64,000 nucleotides of DNA from Candidatus Shapirobacteria bacterium (GTDB taxonomy: Bacteria > Patescibacteriota > Microgenomatia > UBA12405): the NCBI GenBank assembly GCA_041659325.1, contig JBAZYN010000004.1, positions 583-64,582 on the forward strand, in the 5' to 3' direction. The notes beneath the pieces were generated by a model. It ran no database searches, was not told where the DNA came from, and worked only from the letters and a program-made list of their open reading frames with translations. The translations under genes were made by a program, and so were the position numbers. Of this stretch, positions 1 to 9,422 are shown one piece after another (the stretch's first letter is position 1; each line of letters opens with the position of its first letter).

Positions 1-1505
1 GTTTATCGAAGCTGACCATCCCCCCCGAAGCCTTCAACAGCATTCCTTTCACCCAGGCCGACAAACACAAAATGGTAGTTTTCAGCCGTGACGCCAATCT
101 TCTCAAAATCGCCACCTGCCGGCCACCGATTGACTCCGAAATTTTAAAAAATATCGCCAAAAAAACCGGTCTCAAACCCGAAGTTTATTATTCCACCGAG
201 GCCGACATAGAAAATGTCCTGATAAATAACCGCCAGGATCTCCAAAGTACATTTGAAAAATTAGTAAAAGAGGGGATAGTCACTGCCACCAATCTTGACG
301 GCTCCGACGATCCTCCGGTCGAGAAAATCGTCGATCTCCTGATTGAAACGGCATATCAGGAAAAAGCTTCTGATATTCACATCGAGCCACAGGAAAAAAA
401 CGCCATTATCCGTTTCCGTATCGACGGTTCACTAAATGATGTTTTGACCGTCCCCAAAATTCTCCACGACCGTCTGATTACCCGCATCAAGGTAATGTCT
501 AGTCTCCGCACCGATGAGCACCTGAGCGCCCAAGACGGCAAGATAAAGTTTCACTCAAAAGAAATTTATTTTGATTTGCGTGTCTCAATTATCCCCATAG
601 TAGACGGAGAAAAGGTAGTTATGCGCTTACTTACATCAAATATCGGCGCCTTCGGTTTGGCCGATTTGGGTATGAGTGAAAAAGACATGGAAAAAGTCAA
701 ACGTGCCTTTACCAAATCCTATGGCATGTTTCTGTCCACCGGCCCCACTGGCTCAGGGAAAACTTCATCCATTTATTCCATCTTAAAAATCCTCAATGCC
801 CGGGAAAAAAACATTACCACCATCGAAGATCCGGTCGAATACCGCATCAAGGGCGCCAACCAGATTCAAGTCAACAACCGCACCAATCTAACTTTTGCCA
901 ATGGTCTCCGCTCAATTCTTCGCCAGGATCCAAATATTATATTTGTCGGAGAAATACGTGACAATGAAACAGCCGGCATCGCCATCAACGCCTCTCTTAC
1001 CGGCCATTTGGTTTTGTCCACTCTCCACACCAACACCGCCGCCGCCGCCATCGCCCGTCTGATTGATATGGAAGTTGAGCCTTTTTTGGTTGCCTCAACC
1101 GTTTCTGTGATTGTTGGTCAGCGCCTGGTCCGGCGTATTTGCGACAAATGCCGTGTGTCCTTTACCATTACCCGTGCCGAACTTCTGAAATATTTATCAG
1201 AAGACATGATTACCAAGCACTACATTCCTGTCGGCAAAGCCAAAGAAATTCGGGTGTACAAGGGCAAAGGCTGCAAATTTTGCCACAACACCGGATATGT
1301 CGGCCGAATCGGTATCTTTGAAGTTCTAGAGGTCACCAAAAAAATCCGTGAGCTGATCGGCCACCACGCCGATACCGACGAAATTCTTGAGGCCGCCAAA
1401 AAAGAAGGCTTCAACAGCATGCAAGACGATGGTCTAGACAAAATTACCAAAGGTTTTACCACTATTGAAGAAGTTCTTCGGGTTACAAAAAACGAATTGG
1501 AATGA
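1..1505 (+). CDS. pilB: Type IV pilus/T2SS assembly ATPase PilB/GspE family. The 5' end is probably outside the window; the ORF track starts at Met 72 but the frame is open from nt 3.
   Basis: Walker A GPTGSGKT, Asp-box, His-box TGHLVLSTLHTN, and a C-terminal CxxC...CxxC tetracysteine motif typical of GspE. The in-frame upstream translation LSKLTIPPEAFNSIPFTQADKHK has no stop. Confidence 0.85.
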   Translation, partial: LSKLTIPPEAFNSIPFTQADKHKMVVFSRDANLLKIATCRPPIDSEILKNIAKKTGLKPEVYYSTEADIENVLINNRQDLQSTFEKLVKEGIVTATNLDGSDDPPVEKIVDLLIETAYQEKASDIHIEPQEKNAIIRFRIDGSLNDVLTVPKILHDRLITRIKVMSSLRTDEHLSAQDGKIKFHSKEIYFDLRVSIIPIVDGEKVVMRLLTSNIGAFGLADLGMSEKDMEKVKRAFTKSYGMFLSTGPTGSGKTSSIYSILKILNAREKNITTIEDPVEYRIKGANQIQVNNRTNLTFANGLRSILRQDPNIIFVGEIRDNETAGIAINASLTGHLVLSTLHTNTAAAAIARLIDMEVEPFLVASTVSVIVGQRLVRRICDKCRVSFTITRAELLKYLSEDMITKHYIPVGKAKEIRVYKGKGCKFCHNTGYVGRIGIFEVLEVTKKIRELIGHHADTDEILEAAKKEGFNSMQDDGLDKITKGFTTIEEVLRVTKNELE

Positions 1506-2557
1506 AAACCACCTCCGTTACCTTTTCTACCGACGAAAAGATCAATCTTTTGAGTAATTTTTCTACCATGCTTTCCTCTAGCATTCCCATTTTGGATGTA
1601 GTAAATACCCTGCTTGAAGACTCCAAAGGCAACCTCAAGTTTTTTTTGACCACCTTAAAAGTTGATTTAATCGCCGGCAATCGGATAAATACCACTTTTG
1701 CCAAATTTCCCCGCAGTTTTGATCGGGTGGTGGTAAACCTCATCCGGGGAGCCGAAGAAAGCGGTACTCTGGAAACCACCCTTAGGGATATCAAAAACAA
1801 TATCCAAAAAGAAGCTGAATTTTCCGACAAAATAAAATCAGCCATGATGTACCCCATGATTATTTTCACTGTCTTCACCGGAGTGATTCTCATGATTCTA
1901 ATCGTTGTTATCCCCAAAATTTCGGTAGTTTTTACCAGGCTTCGGGTTCCTCTCCCCCTGCCAACAAAAATCCTGATTTTTTTATCTGATTTACTGATCC
2001 ATCAATACCTCTATCTTATTTTTGGTCTGACGGTTTTTGCCATTATCGCTACCTTTCTCTACAAAGAAAAACGTTCTTTTTTTACCAAGCTGATTGTCTC
2101 TCTTCCCCTGATTTCCGGTCTGTCCAAAAAAATAGATTTAACCAGATTTGCCCGCAATCTTTTTCTCCTGTTGACTTCCGGTTTGCCCATTTCCACCGCC
2201 CTTGAGTTTTCCCAGGACGTCGTAGCCAATCAGCAGATAAAAAATCTAATCAGAAATTCCCGGGAAATGCTAACCTCAGGAAAACAATTTTCTACCGGTC
2301 TAAAAAACAATAAAAATGCCATCCCCAGTATGATGATCAAGCTAATCGAAGTCGGTGAAAAAAGCGGGACTCTGGAGAAATCCATGCAGGATATTTCTGA
2401 CTACATGGATTATCAGGTATCAAAAGACCTAAAAACCATCACCGCCCTCATTGAGCCGATTATGCTTATTTGTGTCAGTATCGCTGTCGGCGGGATGATG
2501 ATTTCAATTATTGGTCCAATCTACGGGCTGATTAGTCAAGTTGGCGGCAGACGTTAA
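1502..2557 (+). CDS. pilC: Type IV pilus inner-membrane platform protein PilC/GspF family
   Basis: 351 aa with two GspF-like repeats and three TM segments. An ATGA overlap with pilB indicates translational coupling. Confidence 0.85.
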   Translation: MKTTSVTFSTDEKINLLSNFSTMLSSSIPILDVVNTLLEDSKGNLKFFLTTLKVDLIAGNRINTTFAKFPRSFDRVVVNLIRGAEESGTLETTLRDIKNNIQKEAEFSDKIKSAMMYPMIIFTVFTGVILMILIVVIPKISVVFTRLRVPLPLPTKILIFLSDLLIHQYLYLIFGLTVFAIIATFLYKEKRSFFTKLIVSLPLISGLSKKIDLTRFARNLFLLLTSGLPISTALEFSQDVVANQQIKNLIRNSREMLTSGKQFSTGLKNNKNAIPSMMIKLIEVGEKSGTLEKSMQDISDYMDYQVSKDLKTITALIEPIMLICVSIAVGGMMISIIGPIYGLISQVGGRR

Positions 2558-2558
2558 A

Positions 2559-2930
2559 TTACTTCAACACTTCCTTAATCTTTTTGAGAAATTCATCCGG
2601 ATTCATCTCGGCTTTGTTCAGACAAGCCACCGCCCCCTTTTGAATCGCATCCTTAATTACTGGGTCATAAGCCAAATTTGTCAAAAGAATTATAGGACCA
2701 TTTCCAACCTTCGGTTTTTCCTCTCTCAATTTATCCAATATTCCGATACCGTCCAGGTAGGGGAGCATCACATCGAGCAAAACCAAATCATACCCACCGG
2801 CAATTATTTTTTCAAATCCCTCTTTTCCGTCAACCGCAGTTTCTACCTCAAAACCGGCATTTTTCAATATCTCTTCATATAACTCTCTTATATATTGATC
2901 ATCATCAACTAAAAGAACTTTTTGTGCCAT
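2559..2930 (-). CDS. Single-domain response regulator, CheY-like receiver (PilH/PilG-like orphan receiver)
   Basis: LLVDDD...DLVLLDVMLP...K motif set of REC domains. There is no output domain (123 aa). Confidence 0.85.
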   Translation of the reverse strand: MAQKVLLVDDDQYIRELYEEILKNAGFEVETAVDGKEGFEKIIAGGYDLVLLDVMLPYLDGIGILDKLREEKPKVGNGPIILLTNLAYDPVIKDAIQKGAVACLNKAEMNPDEFLKKIKEVLK

Positions 2931-2993
2931 ATTTTATATAATTTATATTATATATTAACAAATACTTGACATACCTGATATTATATCAGCGTT

Positions 2994-4175
2994 ATGCCAA
3001 AACGTGTTGAGGGACAACCCGATTCAGGTGCAAAAGAACCCGCCGCAAGCTCTCGGGTCGATCTATCACCACTCATTGACCGAAAGGAGGATGGTTTTTT
3101 ATCCAGGGTATCGGACCAAATGAAGCTGCAAGGCAATGAAGATGGTGAAGACCGCCATCGCGATCCGATTATCCGAAAATTTTATCGCGGCGCATTAAAG
3201 GCAATCTTTGCCCCGGGACAAAAATTTTCGACCATGCTGTCCGAAATTCATGCCCATCGGTCTGAAATGGATGAGACACATATGGTCAACCTGTTTTTCA
3301 GAGCAATTCAGTACACTCGCAGACACAACAATGATTGTGCTTATATGACTTACGAAGAAGATGATTGGGCTAAATATTTTTCTGGAACTGGTTTAGCAGA
3401 TATAGATACGATCAAACAAACCATGAAAGAAAAAAATACCGCCACAAATATCCCCGCCCGATATATCGGACTCGCCGCCGCCCTCCGCCTTATAACCGCC
3501 GGCAATCCCAATATCCGACTCGGAGTAGGGGATGTTGGCTGTAGTCTTGGCCTTGGCCTACCCGCCTCTATTCATCCTGACTATTTATCGAAACTGCAAT
3601 TTGCAGACGGAACTGATGGCCAGCAAATTCAAGCCGCCCTTTCCCTACCGATAGCCGAACTTTACCGGGCGATTGGGATCGATATTGACCTTCCCGACGT
3701 CGAATGGGTTAAGGCCTGCAATTACCCGTCACAATATGACACCGATGGCGCTGCCATTGATAAAACTATTGCCGAATTATCCGAAGTGTCGCGTACCGTA
3801 GATATAAAGCAGGCCGACATTACCAGCCCGGAGTCGGTTGAAATTCTGACGGGAGGTGGCCCCGCTCTGCACGTAATTCATTCATCTCTGACCATGTACG
3901 AGCTAACCCTCGAGCAGCAGCAAGCCGCCCTCGATAATATCGCCAAGGCCTTGCGTGTTGGCGGAATTTACCTCGAGTTTACATTTGTCGATCCGAAAAA
4001 TTGGTTTAAAGGCTTTCACGCTTTAGCCAGATATAAAACTCCTTCAGGCCAGCTCTCAGAATCGCTCGAATGGCTTGTCTGGGGCGATTCACGTTGCCGT
4101 CAGGTCGATCGGGGTACAGACTTCGCCCAGGTAAACGAGTATCTTGCAAACATGGGGAGAAACCACAATTTGTGA
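2994..4175 (+). CDS. Hypothetical protein with a divergent class-I SAM-methyltransferase-like Rossmann region
   Basis: Motif-I-like VGDVGCSLGLG, and a post-II-like VIHSSLTMYEL...ALRVGGIYL (Methyltransf_11/12-like). It has a long N-terminal extension and unusually long motif spacing. Confidence 0.35.
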   Translation: MPKRVEGQPDSGAKEPAASSRVDLSPLIDRKEDGFLSRVSDQMKLQGNEDGEDRHRDPIIRKFYRGALKAIFAPGQKFSTMLSEIHAHRSEMDETHMVNLFFRAIQYTRRHNNDCAYMTYEEDDWAKYFSGTGLADIDTIKQTMKEKNTATNIPARYIGLAAALRLITAGNPNIRLGVGDVGCSLGLGLPASIHPDYLSKLQFADGTDGQQIQAALSLPIAELYRAIGIDIDLPDVEWVKACNYPSQYDTDGAAIDKTIAELSEVSRTVDIKQADITSPESVEILTGGGPALHVIHSSLTMYELTLEQQQAALDNIAKALRVGGIYLEFTFVDPKNWFKGFHALARYKTPSGQLSESLEWLVWGDSRCRQVDRGTDFAQVNEYLANMGRNHNL

Positions 4176-4187
4176 TAATCTAAACAT

Positions 4188-5177
4188 ATGTCAGCCCAAG
4201 AAAATCCACCCTTATCCCCCTATTTACAAAGGTTGGCTGCATTACAAAAATTGGGCTTACTTCCACATCAGGGTGGGGAGCTTCCCTCAAAGACATCCGA
4301 GTTTGCGCCAAAAATTGTTTTCATGGACACACCTCAAGGAGTCGCCGAAGTTGGTGATGCTCTTGCTATGGGGTGGCCGGTGATTACCGATTATGGTGCC
4401 ACTTACGGCACTACTTTCCCTCCCCACATCCGGGAGGCCGTTGCCCTCGCCCGTGGTGAAGTTGAGCCGTTGCCCACCGTTTCTATCGTAACTTTTCGCG
4501 ACGTTGCCTATGGCTGGATGGATACTTCCCGTATTCATCCGGATATCGTCAAATCGCTTAATGCGGGTAAATTTGACATTTTAAACGGAATTGCTTTTAT
4601 GAGATATTCCTGCAACGATGTCTGTCAAAAAACTCTGGGCCGGCATTACGTAAACGCAAAACAGGAAGTCCAGGTTTTTATTGTCGAAGATGTTGATCCG
4701 CTTATGTCATACCTTCGCCGGGAGCATCGCCTCGCCTATATCGCCGTCAGATCATCAAATGTCACCGGTCAACAGGAAGAAGCTTTTCCCGGAGGGGCGC
4801 TGAAATATGCTGCCTCTATCGGTTCCCCGATTCTGGCCGTCCGAACTGTTGCCTCACTGACCGTCCAGCAGGAAGATGAGCAAAATGTCCGGGAAAATTT
4901 ATACGATAAGTTAAAAAGAAAGCGATACGGATCCCAACCGATTGTTACTCTTTCATCCGTCGACGAGCCTCCGGCTATTACCCTCACCCGGGCTGGAAAC
5001 ACCGACCCAGCCACCCTCCAACGGCTCATGGCCGACATTATTGCCGATGGTATTGGTTTTGTTTATATACCCGAAAAAGTAACTAATTTCACCAGGCCCA
5101 TGTATGCCGCCGGAGACGACGTCCGCACTCCCCAAGATATCCGCCAAAGTTTGCTAAGACATTCAGGCCTAATTTAA
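4188..5177 (+). CDS. YrdC/Sua5-family (threonylcarbamoyl-AMP synthase-like) domain protein
   Basis: ITDYGATYG resembles the PTDTVYG loop and VRSSNVTGQQ resembles the SANxSG motif. The 329-aa size is compatible with Sua5. The match is weak. Confidence 0.4.
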   Translation: MSAQENPPLSPYLQRLAALQKLGLLPHQGGELPSKTSEFAPKIVFMDTPQGVAEVGDALAMGWPVITDYGATYGTTFPPHIREAVALARGEVEPLPTVSIVTFRDVAYGWMDTSRIHPDIVKSLNAGKFDILNGIAFMRYSCNDVCQKTLGRHYVNAKQEVQVFIVEDVDPLMSYLRREHRLAYIAVRSSNVTGQQEEAFPGGALKYAASIGSPILAVRTVASLTVQQEDEQNVRENLYDKLKRKRYGSQPIVTLSSVDEPPAITLTRAGNTDPATLQRLMADIIADGIGFVYIPEKVTNFTRPMYAAGDDVRTPQDIRQSLLRHSGLI

Positions 5178-5178
5178 T

Positions 5179-5595
5179 CTATTCCAATGCGCCCAATCCG
5201 GCCTGAGCACAGGTTACATCCTTGTTAACATCAGCCGAGCCTCCCACGCCGATAGCTCCAACCACTTGGTCATTTTCCGAAACAGGGATGCCCCCCGCAA
5301 TCACCATCAATTCTCCATCAAAAGCACTTGTAGTCCCATAGTACGGTTGGCCCGGAGTCGCGTATTTGGCGATATCAGCCGTTGCCAAACGTAAAACAGC
5401 CGAAGTATAAGCTTTAGCCATTGCATATTTGGGGCTGATAATCAGCGCTCCGTCCATTTTTTGGGAAGCTACCATTACCCCATAGTTATCTACTACCGTC
5501 ACGGTAACTTTTTCTTTTAGTTCATCGGCTTTTTTAACTGCCGCATTAATTGCTTTTAAAGCTTTCTCAAGTGTTATCATAAAGTGCAAAAACAA
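5179..5595 (-). CDS. GlcG/HbpS-family (DUF336) heme-binding protein
   Basis: 138 aa. The GGIPV...VVGAIGVGG motif is characteristic of DUF336. It is convergent with the preceding gene at 1-bp spacing. Confidence 0.7.
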   Translation of the reverse strand: MFLHFMITLEKALKAINAAVKKADELKEKVTVTVVDNYGVMVASQKMDGALIISPKYAMAKAYTSAVLRLATADIAKYATPGQPYYGTTSAFDGELMVIAGGIPVSENDQVVGAIGVGGSADVNKDVTCAQAGLGALE

Positions 5596-5608
5596 ATAAT
5601 ATTATTAT

Positions 5609-7027
5609 ATGCAAAACCATTCTAACACACCCAAAACCAGAAAAATAATTGAAGCCCTCTGGAAGTTGGAAAAAATAATTCTTGATACCCTCGATTTCAA
5701 CGAGGTCGTCCAAAAAATCTGTGATGGTTTACTGACCGAACTAGGTTATCTTAAACTTGGCTATCGGATTATTGTTTTGACCCTGGTTGACGAAAATAAA
5801 AAAGTCTTAAAAAGGATATCTCTTTCTCAGACCAAAGAAGCCGCTCGCGCTCAGGCCGCCTCTGCCGTCCCCTTTCATAAAATTGATATCCCGCTTGGGT
5901 CCAGGAACAACCTTTTAATAAAAACACTTAAAAGTAATCAGCCCGAAATTACTCACTATTGGCCCGACATTTTCCGCCCCACTCTCACCGATGACCAGGC
6001 TCTGGCAAACCAGAAGGCTTCCGGTATCAAAACTAGTATGCTTTATCCGGTCACCGTAAAGGACAAGGTCATTGGTGTCGTCATTTTTAGTCTAATCAAG
6101 CACGAAGACAATATTTCCCAAGACGAAAAAGATTTGATCAGAGGCTTTTGCGATATCGTTGGTTTGGCCGTCCAAAATGCCAGGTTATATACCACTCTTG
6201 GTGAAACCTCTGAAAAATTAAAACAAGCCAATGCCAAATTAAAAGAGCTCGATGTCTTAAAAGACGAATTTGTTTCTGTTGCTTCACACGAGCTTCGCAC
6301 CCCCATGACCGCCATCAAATCCTACCTTTGGATGGCCCTAAGCGGTCAAGGCGGCCCTCTCAATTCCAAGCAAAAATTTTATCTTCAAAGATCCCTCGAC
6401 TCAACCGAACGGCTTATCAAGCTCGTCAACAACATGCTAAACATTTCCCGGATAGAGTCCGGCCGGCTCTCCCTGGAGCTAAACAAAGTCGACCTTTCAA
6501 AATTAATAGAGGACGCCATCAACGAAATTGCCCCCCGGGCCAAAGAACTGGGTATCAATTTGGTCTACAATCCGGCTCCGTCCCTTCCAAAAGTTATCGC
6601 CGATGCCGACAAAATCAAAGAGGTGGTGATCAATCTTATCGGCAACTCATTTAAATTTACCCCGAAAAACGGCTCTATTACCGTAAACTTCCAAGTCACT
6701 GATGATCAGGTTATCACCTCTGTCACTGATACCGGATCCGGCCTTTCCCCCGATATGATCAAAAATCTTTTCCAAAAATTTGGACTGATCAAGGGATCTT
6801 ATCAGACCAACCAAACCCCAACCGACCAGGGGACCGGCCTGGGCCTATACATTTGTAAGCAAATCATAGAACTTCATCATGGCACTATTTCCGCCCTCTC
6901 CGAAGGTGTTGGCAAAGGATCAACTTTTAGTTTTTCCTTGCCAGTTTACACTCCCGCCAAGCTCAAACTTTATCAAAAAAAATTCCAGCATACTAGTAAT
7001 ATTGGTATCATTCACAGTAAGATTTAA
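5609..7027 (+). CDS. Cytoplasmic sensor histidine kinase with an N-terminal GAF-like domain
   Basis: H-box SHELRTPMTAIKSY, N-box, and G-boxes DTGSGLS and GTGLGLYICKQIIELHHG. There is no TM segment. Confidence 0.85.
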   Translation: MQNHSNTPKTRKIIEALWKLEKIILDTLDFNEVVQKICDGLLTELGYLKLGYRIIVLTLVDENKKVLKRISLSQTKEAARAQAASAVPFHKIDIPLGSRNNLLIKTLKSNQPEITHYWPDIFRPTLTDDQALANQKASGIKTSMLYPVTVKDKVIGVVIFSLIKHEDNISQDEKDLIRGFCDIVGLAVQNARLYTTLGETSEKLKQANAKLKELDVLKDEFVSVASHELRTPMTAIKSYLWMALSGQGGPLNSKQKFYLQRSLDSTERLIKLVNNMLNISRIESGRLSLELNKVDLSKLIEDAINEIAPRAKELGINLVYNPAPSLPKVIADADKIKEVVINLIGNSFKFTPKNGSITVNFQVTDDQVITSVTDTGSGLSPDMIKNLFQKFGLIKGSYQTNQTPTDQGTGLGLYICKQIIELHHGTISALSEGVGKGSTFSFSLPVYTPAKLKLYQKKFQHTSNIGIIHSKI

Positions 7028-7029
7028 TC

Positions 7030-7503
7030 ATGAGCCAAAAGTCTGGGTTTACTCTCCTCGAGGTCACTATAGTTCTCGGTATCCTGGCTCTCCTCTTTTC
7101 CATTACCTCACTTAATTTAAGCAACACTGCTCCCAAAAGTTCACTCGACAATGCCGTCCAACTTTTAATCGCCAACATAAAAGAGCAGCAGCTTTATGCC
7201 CTCACCGGCAAAACCGAAGACCAAACTGGTACTAACTTTGGTATTTATTTTGGCCCCCAAAAATATACTCTTTTTCAGGGAAACACCTACGACGCCAATG
7301 ACCTATCCAACTATGATGTCCATCTTGACGACATCGACACGTCTTCAACCGCTACCGGTTCGGTTATAATTTTTACCAGAAACACCGGTGAAATCCAAAA
7401 TTTTCAACCCACAGGCAACACTATCACTTTAACCCAAACCAACATTCAACAATCAAAGACAATCACACTAAATAAATATGGCATTATCGAATCAATTTTC
7501 TAA
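7030..7503 (+). CDS. Pseudopilin / minor type IV pilin (GspH/FimT-like)
   Basis: Prepilin leader MSQKSG followed by FTLLEVTIVLGILALL (class III signal with Glu+5). Confidence 0.8.
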   Translation: MSQKSGFTLLEVTIVLGILALLFSITSLNLSNTAPKSSLDNAVQLLIANIKEQQLYALTGKTEDQTGTNFGIYFGPQKYTLFQGNTYDANDLSNYDVHLDDIDTSSTATGSVIIFTRNTGEIQNFQPTGNTITLTQTNIQQSKTITLNKYGIIESIF

Positions 7504-9421
7504 ATCAGGGTCGGTCTTGGTAGAAATAATCATCGCCATCGCTCTCATGGCTTATATTGCTCCGGCCATTATTGATGGTCTTATCACTACCAGGCAGGGT
7601 GAACCTCAGCAGAATCAGCGTTTGACAGCTCTCGCCCTGATTAAAGAAACACAGGAATCGTTACGGGTAATCCGGGAAAAAGGTTGGTCCGCTTTTGCCG
7701 TTAATGGTACTTTTCACCCTCAAATATCTGCCGGCTCCTGGACACTTTTATCAGGCACCGAAACGGTAGGGGATTTTAGCCGCAGTATCACCATCTCTGA
7801 TGTCTACCGTGATACATTTGGAAACATTGGTTCTTCCGGTATCGTCGATTCTTCTACAAAAAAAGTTCTCACCACCATAAACTGGACCGAGCCGATTGCT
7901 TCTTCCGTCACCACACTTTCCTATCTTACGAGATATCTCGACAACCTTTCTTATGAGGAAACGACCGCCTCTGATTTTAACGCTGGTATTGGTGTCGGTG
8001 TAACTGTAACTTCAACAAACGGTGGAGAGATAATTCTTGGCTCCGGCGGACGGGTAGACTGGTGTAAACCTGACTTAACCATCAACGCCCTGGATCTCCC
8101 CGGTCAGGCCTACGCCTCCGATATTTCCGCCATCGAAGGTCGGGCTTTTGTAACTACCGGCGGCAACTCTTCGGGTGATTCAATGGACAGAATCGATGTT
8201 ACCAATTCTAACCCCCCGGTTGCCTCAAACACTGGTATCTACAACAATAGAAAATCATACGCTATTTTTGCTACTCCCGCCTACAACTATTTGACCTCAG
8301 ACCACCCCAGCCTGACTGTCGATATTGTTAATTCTGCCACCCTAACGCATGCCGGATATTTTCTGGCAAGCGGCGGAGGCAAAGGCAACGGTGTCTATGT
8401 AGACGGAAATATTGGCTATGTTACCGCTGGATCAAAGCTGTACACCTTTGATACTTCCACCATCACCGGCAATAATCAATCAGAGCTCGCCAGTATTTCT
8501 TTGGCGGGAATAGGTCAAAAGGTGGTAGTCAAAAACGGTTTTGCCTACGTTGCGATTTCCGGATCCTCCATCAAACTCCAGATTATCTCCAGTACAAACG
8601 GTGGTCGTAGTCTAAAAATTATCGGTCAAGCCGACTTTGATAGTCAGTCGGCTGTAGGTGTCGCGGTTAACTCCACCGGCAGTCGGACTTATGTCATTAC
8701 CGCTGCCTCTGGTACCCAAAAAGAACTATTTATTATCAACACCGCCGACAAACCGCTCGATCCCCCCACTCCCGTTAATTATTCTGTTGTCGGTAGCTAT
8801 GAGGCCAATGGTATGAACCCCAAGGGGATTATTGTTGTCTTTGGAAACAAGGTAATAATTGTCGGTTCCGGCGGTGAGCAATACCAAGTGGTCGATATTT
8901 CCAGTGAGGCCACCCCCTCCCGTTGTGGCGGCTTAACCAATCCTTATGGCGCCAGCACCATCAACGCTATTGCTACAGTGGTCGAACAGGATTCCGATAG
9001 TTACTCGTATATCCTGACCAACAACAGCAGTAAAGAGCTGCAGATCATCGAAGGCGGCCCCGGGGGTGTAGTTAGCATCAATGGCAACTTTACTTCCAAA
9101 ATATTTTCTCTGGACCGAGCCACTGCCTTTAACCGTTTTAATATTGACGCCGAGACACCCTCCAGTACCGAAATCCGCTATCAATTTGCCCTTGCTCCTC
9201 AGGTATCCGGCAGCTGTGTGGCCGCCAACTATGTCTTTGTCGGCCCCGACGGTACCCCCTCGACCTTCTTTACTTCCAATTCCGGAGCAATGCCGTTGTC
9301 AAACGACGGTCTGGATTACGAAAATCCCGGCAGTTGTTTCCGCTACAAAGTTTATTTAAGCTCGGCCGATAGGTCTCAAACCCCGGTTTTTAACAGCATT
9401 AGTGTTAATTACTCCCCCTAA
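7478..9421 (+). CDS. Large pseudopilin fused to an LVIVD/YVTN-like beta-propeller region (putative pilus tip adhesin)
   Basis: Prepilin-like leader MALSNQFSKSG followed by SVLVEIIIAIALMAY. Repeated G-x-AYV / V-V-x-G-N motifs are typical of LVIVD beta-propeller blades. Confidence 0.65.
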   Translation: MALSNQFSKSGSVLVEIIIAIALMAYIAPAIIDGLITTRQGEPQQNQRLTALALIKETQESLRVIREKGWSAFAVNGTFHPQISAGSWTLLSGTETVGDFSRSITISDVYRDTFGNIGSSGIVDSSTKKVLTTINWTEPIASSVTTLSYLTRYLDNLSYEETTASDFNAGIGVGVTVTSTNGGEIILGSGGRVDWCKPDLTINALDLPGQAYASDISAIEGRAFVTTGGNSSGDSMDRIDVTNSNPPVASNTGIYNNRKSYAIFATPAYNYLTSDHPSLTVDIVNSATLTHAGYFLASGGGKGNGVYVDGNIGYVTAGSKLYTFDTSTITGNNQSELASISLAGIGQKVVVKNGFAYVAISGSSIKLQIISSTNGGRSLKIIGQADFDSQSAVGVAVNSTGSRTYVITAASGTQKELFIINTADKPLDPPTPVNYSVVGSYEANGMNPKGIIVVFGNKVIIVGSGGEQYQVVDISSEATPSRCGGLTNPYGASTINAIATVVEQDSDSYSYILTNNSSKELQIIEGGPGGVVSINGNFTSKIFSLDRATAFNRFNIDAETPSSTEIRYQFALAPQVSGSCVAANYVFVGPDGTPSTFFTSNSGAMPLSNDGLDYENPGSCFRYKVYLSSADRSQTPVFNSISVNYSP

Positions 9422-9422
9422 A

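Noticed and set aside
866-1051. Short antisense or alternate-frame ORFs inside well-supported genes (for example 866-1051 minus, 1220-1462 minus, 13040-13393 plus, 21159-21539 minus, 22488-22724 minus, 44514-44846 minus, 44628-45008 plus, 58975-59442 minus).
   Set aside because: They lie entirely within longer ORFs that have clear domain signatures. They arise from GC-rich or Pro/Thr/Gly repeat codon runs that stay open in several frames. No independent signals support them.
2931-2993. TTGACA at 2966-2971 as the -35 box of the 2994 gene.
   Set aside because: The spacing to any -10 hexamer and to the ATG is too short. A TTAACA (2955-2960) / TATTAT (2979-2984) pair giving a leaderless start is possible but unsupported, so it was not listed as a feature.
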